A DNA stretch of 64,000 nt from Bacteroidota bacterium. Its GTDB lineage: Bacteria; Bacteroidota; Bacteroidia; Cytophagales; ES-bin-26. Positions 16,454 through 27,700 of this stretch are shown one piece after another. The notes under the pieces were generated by a model. The model was given only the letters and a program-made list of their open reading frames with translations. It was not told where the DNA came from and searched no databases. Each line of letters starts with the position of its first letter. The stretch's first letter is position 1. The stretch is from positions 12,320 through 76,319 of the forward strand of contig JAZKGK010000112.1 in NCBI GenBank assembly GCA_040385915.1, read 5' to 3'. Both the position numbers and the translations under genes were made by a program.

Positions 16454-17704
16454 ATGAAAATTACGCTCCTGAGCACTTCAGATACTTACGGTGGCGCTCC
16501 CATTGCTTGCCTCCGCTTGTCGAAAGCGTTACAGAAGCAGGGCGTGGATGCGAATTTGCTGGTGCAGGAAAAACGGAGCCAGGATCCGGCAATAACGACT
16601 ATTGCCTCTTCATTCTGGCAGCAAAAAGCTGCTTTTCTGCGTTTTGCGTGGGATCGGCTGACTTTCCTTCCGTATGAAAAATCGAAACAGGTGCGCTTTG
16701 CCTTTTCTACGGCACAGGTCGGCACCAGCCTTGTCAATCAGCCACTTATTCAGCAAGCCGATCTTCTGCACATGCATTGGATCAACTTCGGCTTTCTTTC
16801 CCTGGATTCTATTCGGGAGTTGGGTCGTTTGGGTAAGCCCATCGTCTGGACCTTGCACGATATGTGGGCGCTGACGGGCGGTTGTCATTACAGCGGCACC
16901 TGCAACCATTACCAAAGCCATTGCCACGACTGCCCCTTTCTGCGCAACCCGCAGCCGAGCGATTTGTCTTATCGGGGTTTTGAACAGAAACAGGCACTTT
17001 ATGCGCAAACAACCATGACGTTGGTGGCTTGTAGCGAGTGGCTGGCTAACCTGGCTCGACAAAGCGCCCTGACTCGTCACTTTGATATCCGTGCCATTCC
17101 CAACCCAATCGATACGCAGTTGTATCAGCCAATCAATAGACAAAAAGCCCGACTGGCATTGGGCTTGCCTCTGGATAAAAAGCTCCTCTTGTTCGGTGCG
17201 ATGAACACCCGCGATGTCCGGAAAGGCTTTACTTACCTGGTGGAGGCATTGGGAAAATTAAAAAAACATGAACTGGCAGCGGAATTGGTCGTATTTGGTA
17301 AGGCCGATGAAGCCACCTTGGCGCAATTGCCGTTTAAAGTGCATTACCTGGGCTCGATCAGCCAGCCCGAAAAGCTAGTCCAGGCCTATAACTCTGCCGA
17401 TGTATTTGTATTGCCCTCGCTGGAAGACAACCTGCCCAATACCGTCATGGAGTCGCTGGCTTGCGGTACGCCTGCCGTCGCATTCCGGCAAGGCGGCCTC
17501 CCCGAAATGATTGACCACCAGCAAAATGGCTACCTCGCCGAGTATCAATCGGCAAAAGATTTGGCTAGCGGAATCGCCTGGGTGCTGGAGCAGGCAGATG
17601 TTGAAGCCACCCGCCAACGCGCTAGGGAAAAGGTAATGAAGCAATATACGGAGGCGATTGTAGCGGCTAAGTATCAGCAGTTGTATGAGGAAGTAAGTAG
17701 ATGA
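16454..17704 (+). CDS. GT4-family (GT-B fold) glycosyltransferase
   Basis: MKITLLSTSDTYGGAPIACLRL N-terminus and a C-terminal E-x7-E region, PSLEDNLPNTVMESLACGTPAVAF. The ORF-track TTG start at 16424 is less likely than the ATG at 16454. Confidence 0.85.
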   Translation: MKITLLSTSDTYGGAPIACLRLSKALQKQGVDANLLVQEKRSQDPAITTIASSFWQQKAAFLRFAWDRLTFLPYEKSKQVRFAFSTAQVGTSLVNQPLIQQADLLHMHWINFGFLSLDSIRELGRLGKPIVWTLHDMWALTGGCHYSGTCNHYQSHCHDCPFLRNPQPSDLSYRGFEQKQALYAQTTMTLVACSEWLANLARQSALTRHFDIRAIPNPIDTQLYQPINRQKARLALGLPLDKKLLLFGAMNTRDVRKGFTYLVEALGKLKKHELAAELVVFGKADEATLAQLPFKVHYLGSISQPEKLVQAYNSADVFVLPSLEDNLPNTVMESLACGTPAVAFRQGGLPEMIDHQQNGYLAEYQSAKDLASGIAWVLEQADVEATRQRAREKVMKQYTEAIVAAKYQQLYEEVSR

Positions 17705-17721
17705 GGCCTGTAAAAACCAAT

Positions 17722-17752
17722 ACACCCGGCAGGTTCAAAACCTGCCGGGTGT
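17722..17752. terminator. Bidirectional rho-independent terminator between convergent genes
   Basis: acacccggcaggtt / caa / aacctgccgggtgt forms a 14-bp perfect GC-rich stem. It lies between the stops at 17704 (+) and 17769 (-). Confidence 0.8.
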
Positions 17753-17768
17753 ATCTTAATCTATCTAC

Positions 17769-19781
17769 TTAATTTCCAGCAACTTCAAATTCAGTGCGGC
17801 GATTCAGTTGGCGGCCTTCGTCGGTGGTATTATCGGCGACTGGGCGGGTAGTTCCGTAGCCTTTGTAGTTTAATCGGCGGTTGGGAATACCCCTGGAAAT
17901 CAGGTAGTCGATGACGGCTTTGGCTCTTCTTTCTGAAAGCTCCTGGTTGTAGCCTTCCGTACCAATGTTGTCCGTGTGACCAGAAATGACGATCTTCATG
18001 GTAGGAGAATCATTCAGCAGTTGAATTACCTGCTGTAATTCACCCTTCGATTCGTCTTTTAGTACCGATTTGTCGAAATCGAAGAAGATATTGTTCAGAG
18101 TGATTTTAGCGCCAACCGAAGATGTTTTTTTCAACTCTACATCCAATACCTGTTCCCGGTAACCAATGCTGGGCGGTACATTGTAGTTTTCGGAATGAAA
18201 CAAATAGCCTTTCTTTTCAACGGATAGGCCGTAGTTTCTGCCTGAAGGAATCGTGACCTTATACTTGCCTGTAACGGAGTCTGATTTCAGTTCCGAGACT
18301 AATTCATTGCGTTGGTTGTCGGTCAGTAAGATACGGGCTTCCAAAGGTTTTTTGGTGAGTGCATCCGAAATCGTACCCCGAAGAATGGTGATCGGATTCT
18401 GGCCTGGATTCATTTCTCCGGCAGAAGTTAACTTTACGTCCTTTCCGTCCGCTGTATTCACTGCATTAAAAAGCGGCATAGAGATGACATAGATGTCCTT
18501 TTCTCCGTAGCCTTCTTCATTGACTGAGGCATAATACCCATGTCGATTATCAGCAGACAACACAAAGTAGGTATTTTCATCGGCGGTATTGATCGGGAAC
18601 CCCAGGTTTTCGGGCGCCATCCAGACACCATTCTCTAACGAGGAGCGAAATATATCGTAGCCGCCCATGGTAGCGTGCCCGCGCGAACTGAAGTACAATG
18701 TCTGACCGTCGGGGTGAATAAAAGGCGCATCATCGTCTTCGGGGGTGTTGATGGGCTCGCCCAGGTTGGTGGCTTCGCCCCACTGGCCATCACTGGTTTT
18801 ACGACTCACGTAAATGTCCAGTCCGCCTTTGCCGCCAGGACGGTCGCTGGAGAAATAAATTACTTTCCCATCGGCAGTCATCGATACTGACGGCTCATGA
18901 AACTTAGTATTGACGTTGATGCCCAAGCTTTCCAGTTTAGACCATTGGTAGGTGGCAGAGTCGAGCAGGCTGGCCGAGTAAATGTCGCCGTTGTGGGTAT
19001 CCTTGTAGATAAACAGTTGCTTTCCATCAGGTGATACGGCTATACAAGCATCGTGGGTATTGGTATTAATGCTAGCACCAATGTTGCGCGCCGCGGTCCA
19101 TTTGCCATTGATATGAAAAGTGACGTAAATGTCTTCGTAGGGCAAGCCATCGTCGGAAGCCAGGAAGCCACCCGTAGTCCCTTCGCGCCGCGAAGTAAAG
19201 TACATAACCGATTCATTAGCCGAAATAACGGGGGCATAATCGGGGTATTTGCCATTGGCTTCTTCCCCAAAATTTTTGATTACTACGCGTACCGGACTCT
19301 TAATGTAGTTCAGACCATTTTTACATTCGGCCAGTTTTCGATCTACGATTAACCGCTCTTCGTCTTTATTTTTTCCCTGATAATTCTGTTTGAACAAGGT
19401 ATAAGACTGAATGGCTTCGTTAAACTTATTGTTGCATTGATACGCTTCGCCCAATAAGAACTCAATTTTTGGCTCAAGGGCCGGGTTTTTCTGGTAAACC
19501 TTCTGCAAGAAAGGCAACGACCGTCTACGGTAAAGCGTTTTTAAATAACACATACCAGTGTACAGATTAGCTTCCAGATTATCGGGCTCGCGCTCCAGTA
19601 TTTCCAGATACATGGGCAAGGCGGCTCCATAGTTTTCGACCTCATAATTGTCAGTCGCCTCTTTCATGAGTTTCTTAACACTCTGAGCATAAACAAATGA
19701 TGGGGCAGCCACCAGAAACAGCCCTAGAGCAAGGCAGGTAACCAGTAGTTTTTTTGTGCCTATTCTTAAGTGGATGTACAT
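17769..19781 (-). CDS. OmpA-family outer-membrane/peptidoglycan-associated protein with TPR and TolB-like beta-propeller regions
   Basis: 670 aa. Signal peptide, N-terminal TPR-like repeats, then repeated WD40-like 'YFSS.R.GG.GG.DIY' blades. C-terminal OmpA_C domain: HTDNIGTEGYNQELSERRAKAV...NRRTEFEV. Confidence 0.85.
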   Translation of the reverse strand: MYIHLRIGTKKLLVTCLALGLFLVAAPSFVYAQSVKKLMKEATDNYEVENYGAALPMYLEILEREPDNLEANLYTGMCYLKTLYRRRSLPFLQKVYQKNPALEPKIEFLLGEAYQCNNKFNEAIQSYTLFKQNYQGKNKDEERLIVDRKLAECKNGLNYIKSPVRVVIKNFGEEANGKYPDYAPVISANESVMYFTSRREGTTGGFLASDDGLPYEDIYVTFHINGKWTAARNIGASINTNTHDACIAVSPDGKQLFIYKDTHNGDIYSASLLDSATYQWSKLESLGINVNTKFHEPSVSMTADGKVIYFSSDRPGGKGGLDIYVSRKTSDGQWGEATNLGEPINTPEDDDAPFIHPDGQTLYFSSRGHATMGGYDIFRSSLENGVWMAPENLGFPINTADENTYFVLSADNRHGYYASVNEEGYGEKDIYVISMPLFNAVNTADGKDVKLTSAGEMNPGQNPITILRGTISDALTKKPLEARILLTDNQRNELVSELKSDSVTGKYKVTIPSGRNYGLSVEKKGYLFHSENYNVPPSIGYREQVLDVELKKTSSVGAKITLNNIFFDFDKSVLKDESKGELQQVIQLLNDSPTMKIVISGHTDNIGTEGYNQELSERRAKAVIDYLISRGIPNRRLNYKGYGTTRPVADNTTDEGRQLNRRTEFEVAGN

Positions 19782-19844
19782 ATAGATTAGGATTTACGGG
19801 ATGGTATATAGCACAAATCTAATCAAATATTGGATATACCAAAT

Positions 19845-20504
19845 TTAAATTAGTACAGAATCTACTGAATTAGCAATGCATACCCGTGAAGCACCCGCCG
19901 CCAATAGTCGTTTGGCTGCTTCGCCGGAGCGAATGTCGCCCACCGCTTTGATGCCTACCGATAGTGGTAATGATTGGCGGAATAAAGTGATTTGTTCAAC
20001 CAAGGAGGAAATGAGCAAATGCCCGGTGACAAATCCGGTAGCATTTTTGACAAAGTCCACTCCTGCATCGGCACTGATTTTACAACAAGTCCTGATTTGA
20101 TCGTCGTCCAATAATGAACCTTCTATAATAACGGTAAGCAGGGCCTGGTGCGTATGAGCGAGGATGGCACATTTGGCCAATTCAATTTTGATCCAAGAAG
20201 CCGTTGGAGAGAGTAAGGCAGAGGTATTCAGGGTCACTTCCAGGTCGGTGGCGCCATCTTGCAAGGCGATTTTCATTTCAGCCAGTTTGGTTTCTGTTCG
20301 TTGGTAGCCAAAAGGAAAACCTACGACAGTAGCCAGCGAAATAGGCAGATTGTCCAGGTCACGCTTTACTTTTTTTACCCAGAAAGGTGGTACGGATAAA
20401 CCTGCTAGTGGGTACTTTTTGGCTTCACCAATGGCATTTTCCAGGTTAGCTATACTGGCAGTAGGATGCAGAACAGTACGTTCTAAAGAGGAAGCTAAAT
20501 TCAT
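19845..20504 (-). CDS. deoC: Deoxyribose-phosphate aldolase-like (DeoC class I aldolase)
   Basis: 219 aa. Aligns by eye with short-form DeoC: VVGFPFGYQRTETK, GATDLEVTLN, LTVIIEG, GVDFVKNATGF (Schiff-base Lys retained), GIKAVGDIRS. Confidence 0.7.
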   Translation of the reverse strand: MNLASSLERTVLHPTASIANLENAIGEAKKYPLAGLSVPPFWVKKVKRDLDNLPISLATVVGFPFGYQRTETKLAEMKIALQDGATDLEVTLNTSALLSPTASWIKIELAKCAILAHTHQALLTVIIEGSLLDDDQIRTCCKISADAGVDFVKNATGFVTGHLLISSLVEQITLFRQSLPLSVGIKAVGDIRSGEAAKRLLAAGASRVCIANSVDSVLI

Positions 20505-20513
20505 ACACTTTAG

Positions 20514-23500
20514 TTAGTGTTTTACCAAAGCTTTTACGAAAGTGTTTTTATCATCCATTACGCGCACAAAGTACAAGCCGTTGGCAAGGCCAGCGATATC
20601 GAAAGTTTCCTTATAAATACCAGCATCGTTGCGTAGCTCCTGCGTTAGGATAATAGCTCCCTGGGCATTGTATATCGCTGCCATTACTTCTTTTGGCAAA
20701 TGTGTTGGAATATATTCTACTTTAAAATTATCAGTAGCCGGATTGGGGTAGAGTTGACAGGTGGGCTCGGCCAAGGGATTCATGGTAGCCGTAACAATCA
20801 CATTTATCTCATCGGAAACCTGATCGGGACAGCCCTTTTGTGAAGAGCGCACAGAGTAATGGCCACTTTGTAAAGCGGTATACGTTTGTTGGGTAGCCCC
20901 CGGAATGGCTACTTTGTTGAGAAGCCATTGATTATTGCTTGGCTGGCTAGAGGATAGTGCGGCCAAGTTCGCGGTAACAATAGGCTTTTCAAATACCGTT
21001 ACCGAAACCATATTAGACATGGCTAGACAATTGCCCCGGGCTATTTCTACCGTATAAATACCCGTTTCGCCAGCCTGATAGGTAGCCTGGATAGCGCCTG
21101 TCAGGTTGATTCCATTTTTTTTCCACTGGTAGGTTTGGCTTCCAATAGCGGTTGTTTTTATCGTTACGAGCTGGCCATTGCACAAAGTAGTATTGCCAGT
21201 TACTGCAATATGGGCTTCCAGTGTGGGTTCATTATTGATGGCTACGGCCGTTCTAAGGCTGGTACATCCAGCAGCTTTTATCCGCAGATCGTACAAGTAG
21301 TAATAGTAATTATTGGACGGCGGCCCACCAGAGGCGCTGGCCGTATTGCCTGTAATGGACACAATGCCAGGAATAAGGAAGGGATAACCAGCATTCGTAA
21401 TTTTTTTATTTCTGAAAATAGTAGCGCCATTTTGATAAGCTATGGCTATTTGGTAATTGCCAGGGGCAGGCACTGTTAAGTTCAGGTTATATATCGCCCC
21501 CATATCGTTAGGGTCATCGGGGGTTTCGCCCGTTTCAGGAGAGCTACGGGTGGCGCTTACGTCCAGTGTGGTACTGGAAACCACTGTCCCATCCAGTTTT
21601 TTTACGCTAAACAATATCTTTCCTGCATGACCAATGTATAGCCGGGCACTTTCAATCATCAAGGGGATTTGCGAAGTAAATAGCACCATTGGATTAAATT
21701 GGCCATAACTGCCTTCAGCAAATGCTTTTTTATTGACAGGTCCCACCGCAGCACTGAAGTCATTAAGGGCAGCGTAATAAGTACGGTCGGCAGGAATGAC
21801 AGTAGAAGAGGCAGCATTGCCTACTGCCAAAAGAGTACCACCTGTAGGGGCATCGTACCAGAAAAGGGTGCCATTGCCAGTACCTTTTAAGGTAGCAAGA
21901 TCGTCACCGCACTGGGCTGCGGTAGCCACAGGTGCCGGATTGATGCCGCTGATGGTACGGGTAGCTGTATGCTGGTTATTAGACGCCTTCAAATCGCCCG
22001 GCAAGTTGGTACTGGTCAGGAAAGTATAGGCGCTGCCTGCTACTGTGTTAAAGGTTCCGTTCATCGTTACACTTACCTGTTCGAAAGGGAGCAGGGTGCC
22101 CACAAACGTATTACTCAAGGTAGCCACTGTACCGTTGTCATCATGGACAACAGTAGTAACAGGAATATTGGTCTGGGCAGAAGAACCGAAATTTTGAATA
22201 ATGACTGAGATTGGCTGGGCTGTATTGGCACATACCCCTGTTTCGGGCGAATACAAGCCCACGGCGCCAACATCAACCTGGCGTCGAATGCAGCGGATCG
22301 TATAATCCTGGGTTTCGCCTCTGGTATAACTGCCACAAGAAGTGACCTGAGTCGGGTCGTTGGTCTCTACACATACGATTCGCATGCGGGTAATGTAACC
22401 CACGGCCAAGCCATCCGGTACGTTTATGGGGACAGTAAAGAGGTTATTTCCATTGATTACTGCCGAGGTGGCCACCAATTCATTGGCATCCGTAAAGTCT
22501 TTGTCAAGGTTCCAGTCAATAAATACTTTGGCTATTTTATTCGAAGAATTATCACACGTACCCAGGCTGATGCTAAGTGGAATGGGAGTTTCCTGGCCTA
22601 CACTAACACTTGCAGAAAGATAGGTAAAATCAGTATACGTGGTACAGCCTGCAGGAGGGGTATTATTAAAACCTCCCGTAGAAACCTGGCCAAAGGTGAC
22701 ATTATTGATGCGTGCGCCCGTGGCATTAATAGCCTTGGAGGTGCAATAAGTAGCTGTCCCTACCCCACTCACCCATAGAGAGTAGTTTTGTGGCCCTTGC
22801 TGTAAATCGCCTTTGTGTGCCACTTTAAGCGTATACATCTTGCCTGGAATCGTATTCTCTATAAGTACCTGCTCTACATTGTCGCGAATATTATTGCCTC
22901 TGGTGGCTGCATTACCAGGATTATTGGGATCTAATGTCCAGGGAAGCGTATAGGTAGAGCCGTCAGAAATGCGTAAGTCCAGGTCATTGACCAATCGGGG
23001 CGTACGGTTATTTAAGTTAGCAGCGGTAGCCGGCAAGGCAGTTCCTTCCGGGTCGGTCCAGCAGATGGTGGCTACCAGCGGCTCTTTGCCCGAGGCTATG
23101 ATGGGTAGCGTAAAGGTTTCGCCTTGCGCCAGCGTTCGTTCATAGAGCAGGTGGTTGTCTTCGGTATTGATAATGACTTTGGCCGCTTTTTCGGTATTGA
23201 GCAAGCCCCAACCATACATATAATCCGGCCCCGTGTTGGTGCCTGCTTCGTCGGCGGTATGGATTGCCAAGCCTTTCAGCGTAGAGGCCCACATGAAGTT
23301 TCCATTCTTCTGTTTGGCATATAATTCTTGCAATAGCAACAGGGAACCACTCACGTTGGGGGTAGCCATGGAAGTGCCGCTGAGCGCACCATAAGCATTA
23401 TCGGTGGAAGCAGTGCAGGAAGTTACCGCTATCCCGTCGCCCACAATATCGGGCTTTATCCGTCCGTCATCCGTAGGCCCCCAACTGCTAAATGGGGCAA

Positions 23501-24536
23501 TCCGCACGTTGGAAGCATTTTGATAGCCATTAGGAATAGGATACACAGCCCCCACCGTCAGAATATTTTTGGCGGTGCTAACCATAGCAATCAAATCGTA
23601 GCCATTCTGCGAATTTCGTGGGTCAGTACTGGTAGTAGTGCCTCCACCCAAACGGTAAGTAGTGCCCGAAGGAGGGCCGTTTGCGCCTCGGTTATTGCCA
23701 GCCGACTTCACCGGTAAATAAAAAGGCGCGTTGTAAACAATTTGATCCCATTGTTTGGCCTGCTCACTGTAAAAGCCAAATTTGTAGTCTTCAGTAGTAC
23801 TCACGTTCACGTCTCCATACCAGCGCCACTTGTCATTGTTGTCGCTGCCGGGCAAATCTGAGTCGAGATCCCAGCCAGCCAGTGTGCCATACGAATGGTT
23901 GGAAACCAGCAAATTATCGGCAGCGGCGGTCATTTCGCTAATATCGTTGTTGAAATCCCAGGCTTTTAGCTTAGCTCCGTAAGCCATTCCGCGTGCCACA
24001 GCATTGAGGCCAGTCGCTATCAAAGTACCCGATACGTGGGTAGAATGTTCATGAGTATCGGATGTTACGCCATCCATTTGCGTTACTCTATTGGCCAATT
24101 CCTGGTGCGTAATCCGGGGCGAACCATCATCCCACACGCCTAGCTTGGTAGATACGCTGAGACTATTGCCCGAGAGGTTGAGGCCAAGGGTACCGCCCGT
24201 GTAGAGTTGGTTGGTGCGGGTAGTGGCTGCCGCAAAGCTGTTATTGTAAGTGGTATAGTAAACTGGCATTCCCCACTCATTGAGGCCTTGCAAGGCTATG
24301 GTTCGTCCATCAGCAGTCGTTTTGCGAATAATCCATCCCTGCTGGCGAGCAAGTTTCATGGCTTTCGAATAACTAATTTGGTAAGCTGTTTTAGCCTGAA
24401 TTTGAAGCTGTTTTAATTCTTTTTGGTTGGTAAGCGAAGGAAGCTGGTTATGGGGAGGAGTGGATTGAGCCAGCAGAAAGTGATTGCCCCAGAGGCAAAT
24501 CCACAGACTCAGCATCGTTCCGAAATACTTTTTCAT
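20514..24536 (-). CDS. Secreted S8 (subtilisin/kexin-like) serine peptidase with P-domain-like, GEVED-like and Ig-like modules and a T9SS C-terminal sorting domain
   Basis: Catalytic His HSTHVSGT, catalytic Ser GTSMATPNVSG, Asp region GVWDDGSPRITHQEL. C-terminus LYPNPATDNFKVEY...GLYFVRVMDDKNTFVKALVKH is a T9SS type-A CTD. The likely start is MKKYFGTMLSLWICLW at 24536; the ORF track extends to 24641. Confidence 0.9.
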   Translation of the reverse strand: MKKYFGTMLSLWICLWGNHFLLAQSTPPHNQLPSLTNQKELKQLQIQAKTAYQISYSKAMKLARQQGWIIRKTTADGRTIALQGLNEWGMPVYYTTYNNSFAAATTRTNQLYTGGTLGLNLSGNSLSVSTKLGVWDDGSPRITHQELANRVTQMDGVTSDTHEHSTHVSGTLIATGLNAVARGMAYGAKLKAWDFNNDISEMTAAADNLLVSNHSYGTLAGWDLDSDLPGSDNNDKWRWYGDVNVSTTEDYKFGFYSEQAKQWDQIVYNAPFYLPVKSAGNNRGANGPPSGTTYRLGGGTTTSTDPRNSQNGYDLIAMVSTAKNILTVGAVYPIPNGYQNASNVRIAPFSSWGPTDDGRIKPDIVGDGIAVTSCTASTDNAYGALSGTSMATPNVSGSLLLLQELYAKQKNGNFMWASTLKGLAIHTADEAGTNTGPDYMYGWGLLNTEKAAKVIINTEDNHLLYERTLAQGETFTLPIIASGKEPLVATICWTDPEGTALPATAANLNNRTPRLVNDLDLRISDGSTYTLPWTLDPNNPGNAATRGNNIRDNVEQVLIENTIPGKMYTLKVAHKGDLQQGPQNYSLWVSGVGTATYCTSKAINATGARINNVTFGQVSTGGFNNTPPAGCTTYTDFTYLSASVSVGQETPIPLSISLGTCDNSSNKIAKVFIDWNLDKDFTDANELVATSAVINGNNLFTVPINVPDGLAVGYITRMRIVCVETNDPTQVTSCGSYTRGETQDYTIRCIRRQVDVGAVGLYSPETGVCANTAQPISVIIQNFGSSAQTNIPVTTVVHDDNGTVATLSNTFVGTLLPFEQVSVTMNGTFNTVAGSAYTFLTSTNLPGDLKASNNQHTATRTISGINPAPVATAAQCGDDLATLKGTGNGTLFWYDAPTGGTLLAVGNAASSTVIPADRTYYAALNDFSAAVGPVNKKAFAEGSYGQFNPMVLFTSQIPLMIESARLYIGHAGKILFSVKKLDGTVVSSTTLDVSATRSSPETGETPDDPNDMGAIYNLNLTVPAPGNYQIAIAYQNGATIFRNKKITNAGYPFLIPGIVSITGNTASASGGPPSNNYYYYLYDLRIKAAGCTSLRTAVAINNEPTLEAHIAVTGNTTLCNGQLVTIKTTAIGSQTYQWKKNGINLTGAIQATYQAGETGIYTVEIARGNCLAMSNMVSVTVFEKPIVTANLAALSSSQPSNNQWLLNKVAIPGATQQTYTALQSGHYSVRSSQKGCPDQVSDEINVIVTATMNPLAEPTCQLYPNPATDNFKVEYIPTHLPKEVMAAIYNAQGAIILTQELRNDAGIYKETFDIAGLANGLYFVRVMDDKNTFVKALVKH

Positions 24537-24716
24537 ACAACCAGTTGAAGGCACCCAAATATACCTGATGAATGTGAAATAAAACAGAGCAGAAGAAAAA
24601 GTCTGGTAACTCTTGCATTCAAGATCTATCCGTCGGGGCAATATACATATTTACTTTACACATATTCACATAAATAATTCATGATATAAGTAGATGCGCT
24701 TAAGTATATTAACAAA

Positions 24717-24749
24717 AAGGTCGGACGCGTTTGAAATGCGTCCGACCTT
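24717..24749 (-). terminator. Rho-independent terminator of the 1958-aa peptidase gene
   Basis: aaggtcggacgc / gtttgaaat / gcgtccgacctt forms a 12-bp stem. On the minus strand it is followed by TTTTTGTT and sits 22 nt after the stop at 24771. Confidence 0.8.
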
Positions 24750-24770
24750 ACCCACCTATTGCCGCACTTT

Positions 24771-27700
24771 TTACTCTTTTACCCAAGTACGGACGGCTAC
24801 TTTCCCATTCTCCATAATTTTGATAAAATATACCCCTTGAGACAGATGGGCTACTTCAAATATTCCGTGCCAGACCTGTTGTTCGGCTCGCAATTCCTGG
24901 GCGAACAGTTCCATTCCCATAGCATTATAGACGGTGGCTGTAACGCGGCTGGACGCTTGGCTAATCGGATATTTTACTACGAAACGTTGCTGGGCGGGGT
25001 TGGGATATAACTCGATACCATTGGCGGAAGTATTGTCGAGGTCGGTCACAATAATGGATACTTCATCTGACGTAATCTCGCAACCAGCTTGGTTAACTCT
25101 CACCATGTATTTACCTGTGGCTGAGACTGCATACGCTTGCTGGGTAGCTCCCGCAATGAGATGCCCGTCTTGGAACCATTGATTGCCGGTAGTGCTACTC
25201 GACATAAGCCTCAATCCCAGCGTGGCAACTTCTGGTTTGGGTGGCAAGTTATGGTTTACTTCTATGATAACCAGTTCTGAAACAGGCCCTGGACAGCCCA
25301 CATTCGCCACGGCCACCTTGAAACTACCACTTTCTTTCACTGTGATAGAAGGCGTGCTTTCGCCGGTAGACCAAAGATATTGATCATACGCTTTAGGGGC
25401 TGAAAGGGTAACGCTATCGCCTACACAAAAGCTGAGTGGCCCATTGGCAGTAATAATGGGTTGGTCGATTATGGGCTGCACCAGTACTTTGATTGAATCG
25501 GAAAGTGGGCCATAACAATTGGCTATGCTTCCGGAGACGGTGTACGTGCCACTTTGCTGTATAACAATAGAGTTACTGGTTTCGCCCGTAGACCAAAGGT
25601 AATGTTCGAAGCCAATAGAAGCCGTTAACTGGACACTTTCGCCCAGGCAGAAAGTAGTGGGTCCACTGACAATGATACTAGGATATTCGGTAGGCAATTC
25701 ATTGATGGAAACGGTCGCACTACCGCTTACCTGACCATTGACGCAGCTTTGTCCGTCATTTACAGAGACCAATGAATACGTAGCCGCTTGGCTCACCAAC
25801 AGAGAATAGGGGGAGCTAGGAATGCTGTCGATAGTGATGGGTATTTGTCCATTGGTATATGTAATGGACCACGGGGCTACTCCTTGCAGTGTTAAGGGCA
25901 GGCTAGCCAAGTCACCTCGGCAAATAACCTGATTTTCGCTGGACAGAATCGCTTGTGGTGGAGTAGAGGCAAGCACTTTCACTTTCACTTCAGAGCGGCT
26001 GGAAGTGGCACAACCCGTTGATTTCACTTTCCATTGATAGAGATACCCGTAGTAATTGGCTGGCGTCATTTGATTATTGCCCTTGATAGTAACAAGACCC
26101 GCTATTTCGTAAGGATAATGAATGGCACCAGGCGTAGTAATGATATACGCTTGGGTGGTTCCTACGAATTCAGATAGCTGGATGCCATAATCATCTCCAG
26201 CGGCTGGAATGAAAAGATCCAAGGGATATTCAGCTACTCCTGACGATACCTGGAGAACCGTAGAAGCTATCACATTATCACTCCGGTTTTTGTCAGTGAT
26301 GGTCACAGTAACTGTTGTCAATCCGCTTCCGGGTGCATTGATATTGAGCGTAGCTTTTTCCAGCATAAAAGGAACCTTGGCATCGAAGTAAAGTTTACTA
26401 CTGGTCTCAGACGAATACTCTCCTCCCGATGATACGGTTGGAGAAGGAACAATAGCGCTAAAATCATTTACAGTAGCATAATAGCTTTTGGTGGCGTTTA
26501 AAACCGGCGTAACAAAATGGTTGCCAATAGCTTGCAAATCACCTCCTGTAGGCGCATCGTACCAGGCTACTGTACCCACGTTACTCTGTGCGGTTAGTTC
26601 AGCCGCCCCTGTCCCTCCGCAAATAGTTGCGTTTGCTACGACAAGATCAACGGCTGCATGGCTAATTACCAAGGAGTCGGAAATGGAAACGCTGCAAGGA
26701 AGGCGGCCTATCCTCACGGTGTAGCTTCCCGGCTGGGTGGCCTGGTACTGTGCGTTGGTTGCATCTAGAATGTCTACTTTGTTTTTTTGCCATTGAAACC
26801 TGAGTAACGAAGGCGATAAGTCAGTCACAGCGGTCAGCAGTATATTTATGGCGTTGCCAGGGCAGACTTCGGGCGAAGAGTCAGCTATAACATTCACGGC
26901 TATAGAAGTATTAGGATCGACGGTGACAGCTATGGCGGTAGAGGTTTTACTGCATCCGTTGTCATTGGTAACGGTGACAGTGTAATTACCTGGCTCTGTC
27001 ACTTGCAGGCTATCCGTCGTAGCGCCTTCCAGGCCAAGCCCGTTTTTATTCCATTGGTAAGTAAGATCGGCGGCCACATTGGCTTTTAGTACCCAAGAGT
27101 CGCCTTGGCAAAAACTAATGGATGGAGCGGATGAGATGGTGGCTACTGCTTCGGGTGCTGCATCGGCGATCACGGGTATTCTTGGGCTGGGGCAACCGAC
27201 TGATTTTACGCGCAGGTCATACAAATAATTATAGGTACTGTTGCCCGCTGTAGTGCCAGTGATCGATACTATTTTGGGAATAGTAAAAGGATAACCAGAG
27301 ACGCCAGCATTGCTTCTGTATAGGGTAGCGCCATTGAAATAAGAAACAGTCAACCGATAATCGCCGGCTGCTGGTATTGGTAAGTTCAGGTAATAATCGG
27401 CTCCCTGGTCTGATGCATCATCGGCGGCCTCGCCGGTTGCTTCGGGCGTGCGGGTGGCCTCTACATTCAAGACAGTAGAGGAGATGGGATAGCCTTGCAG
27501 GTTTTCGACAGTGAACTTTATTTGGCCTGAATTTCCCACGTATAACCGTGCGCGTTCGAGCATGAGAGGCACTTGAGTAGTAAAGGTAACGGCAGCCGTA
27601 TGTTGTGCGTAGCTACCACCAGAGAAACCAGCTTTTTCGACCGCCCCTACTATACCTTTAAAATCATTCAGGGCCACATAATAAGTGTTGTTTGCTGGCT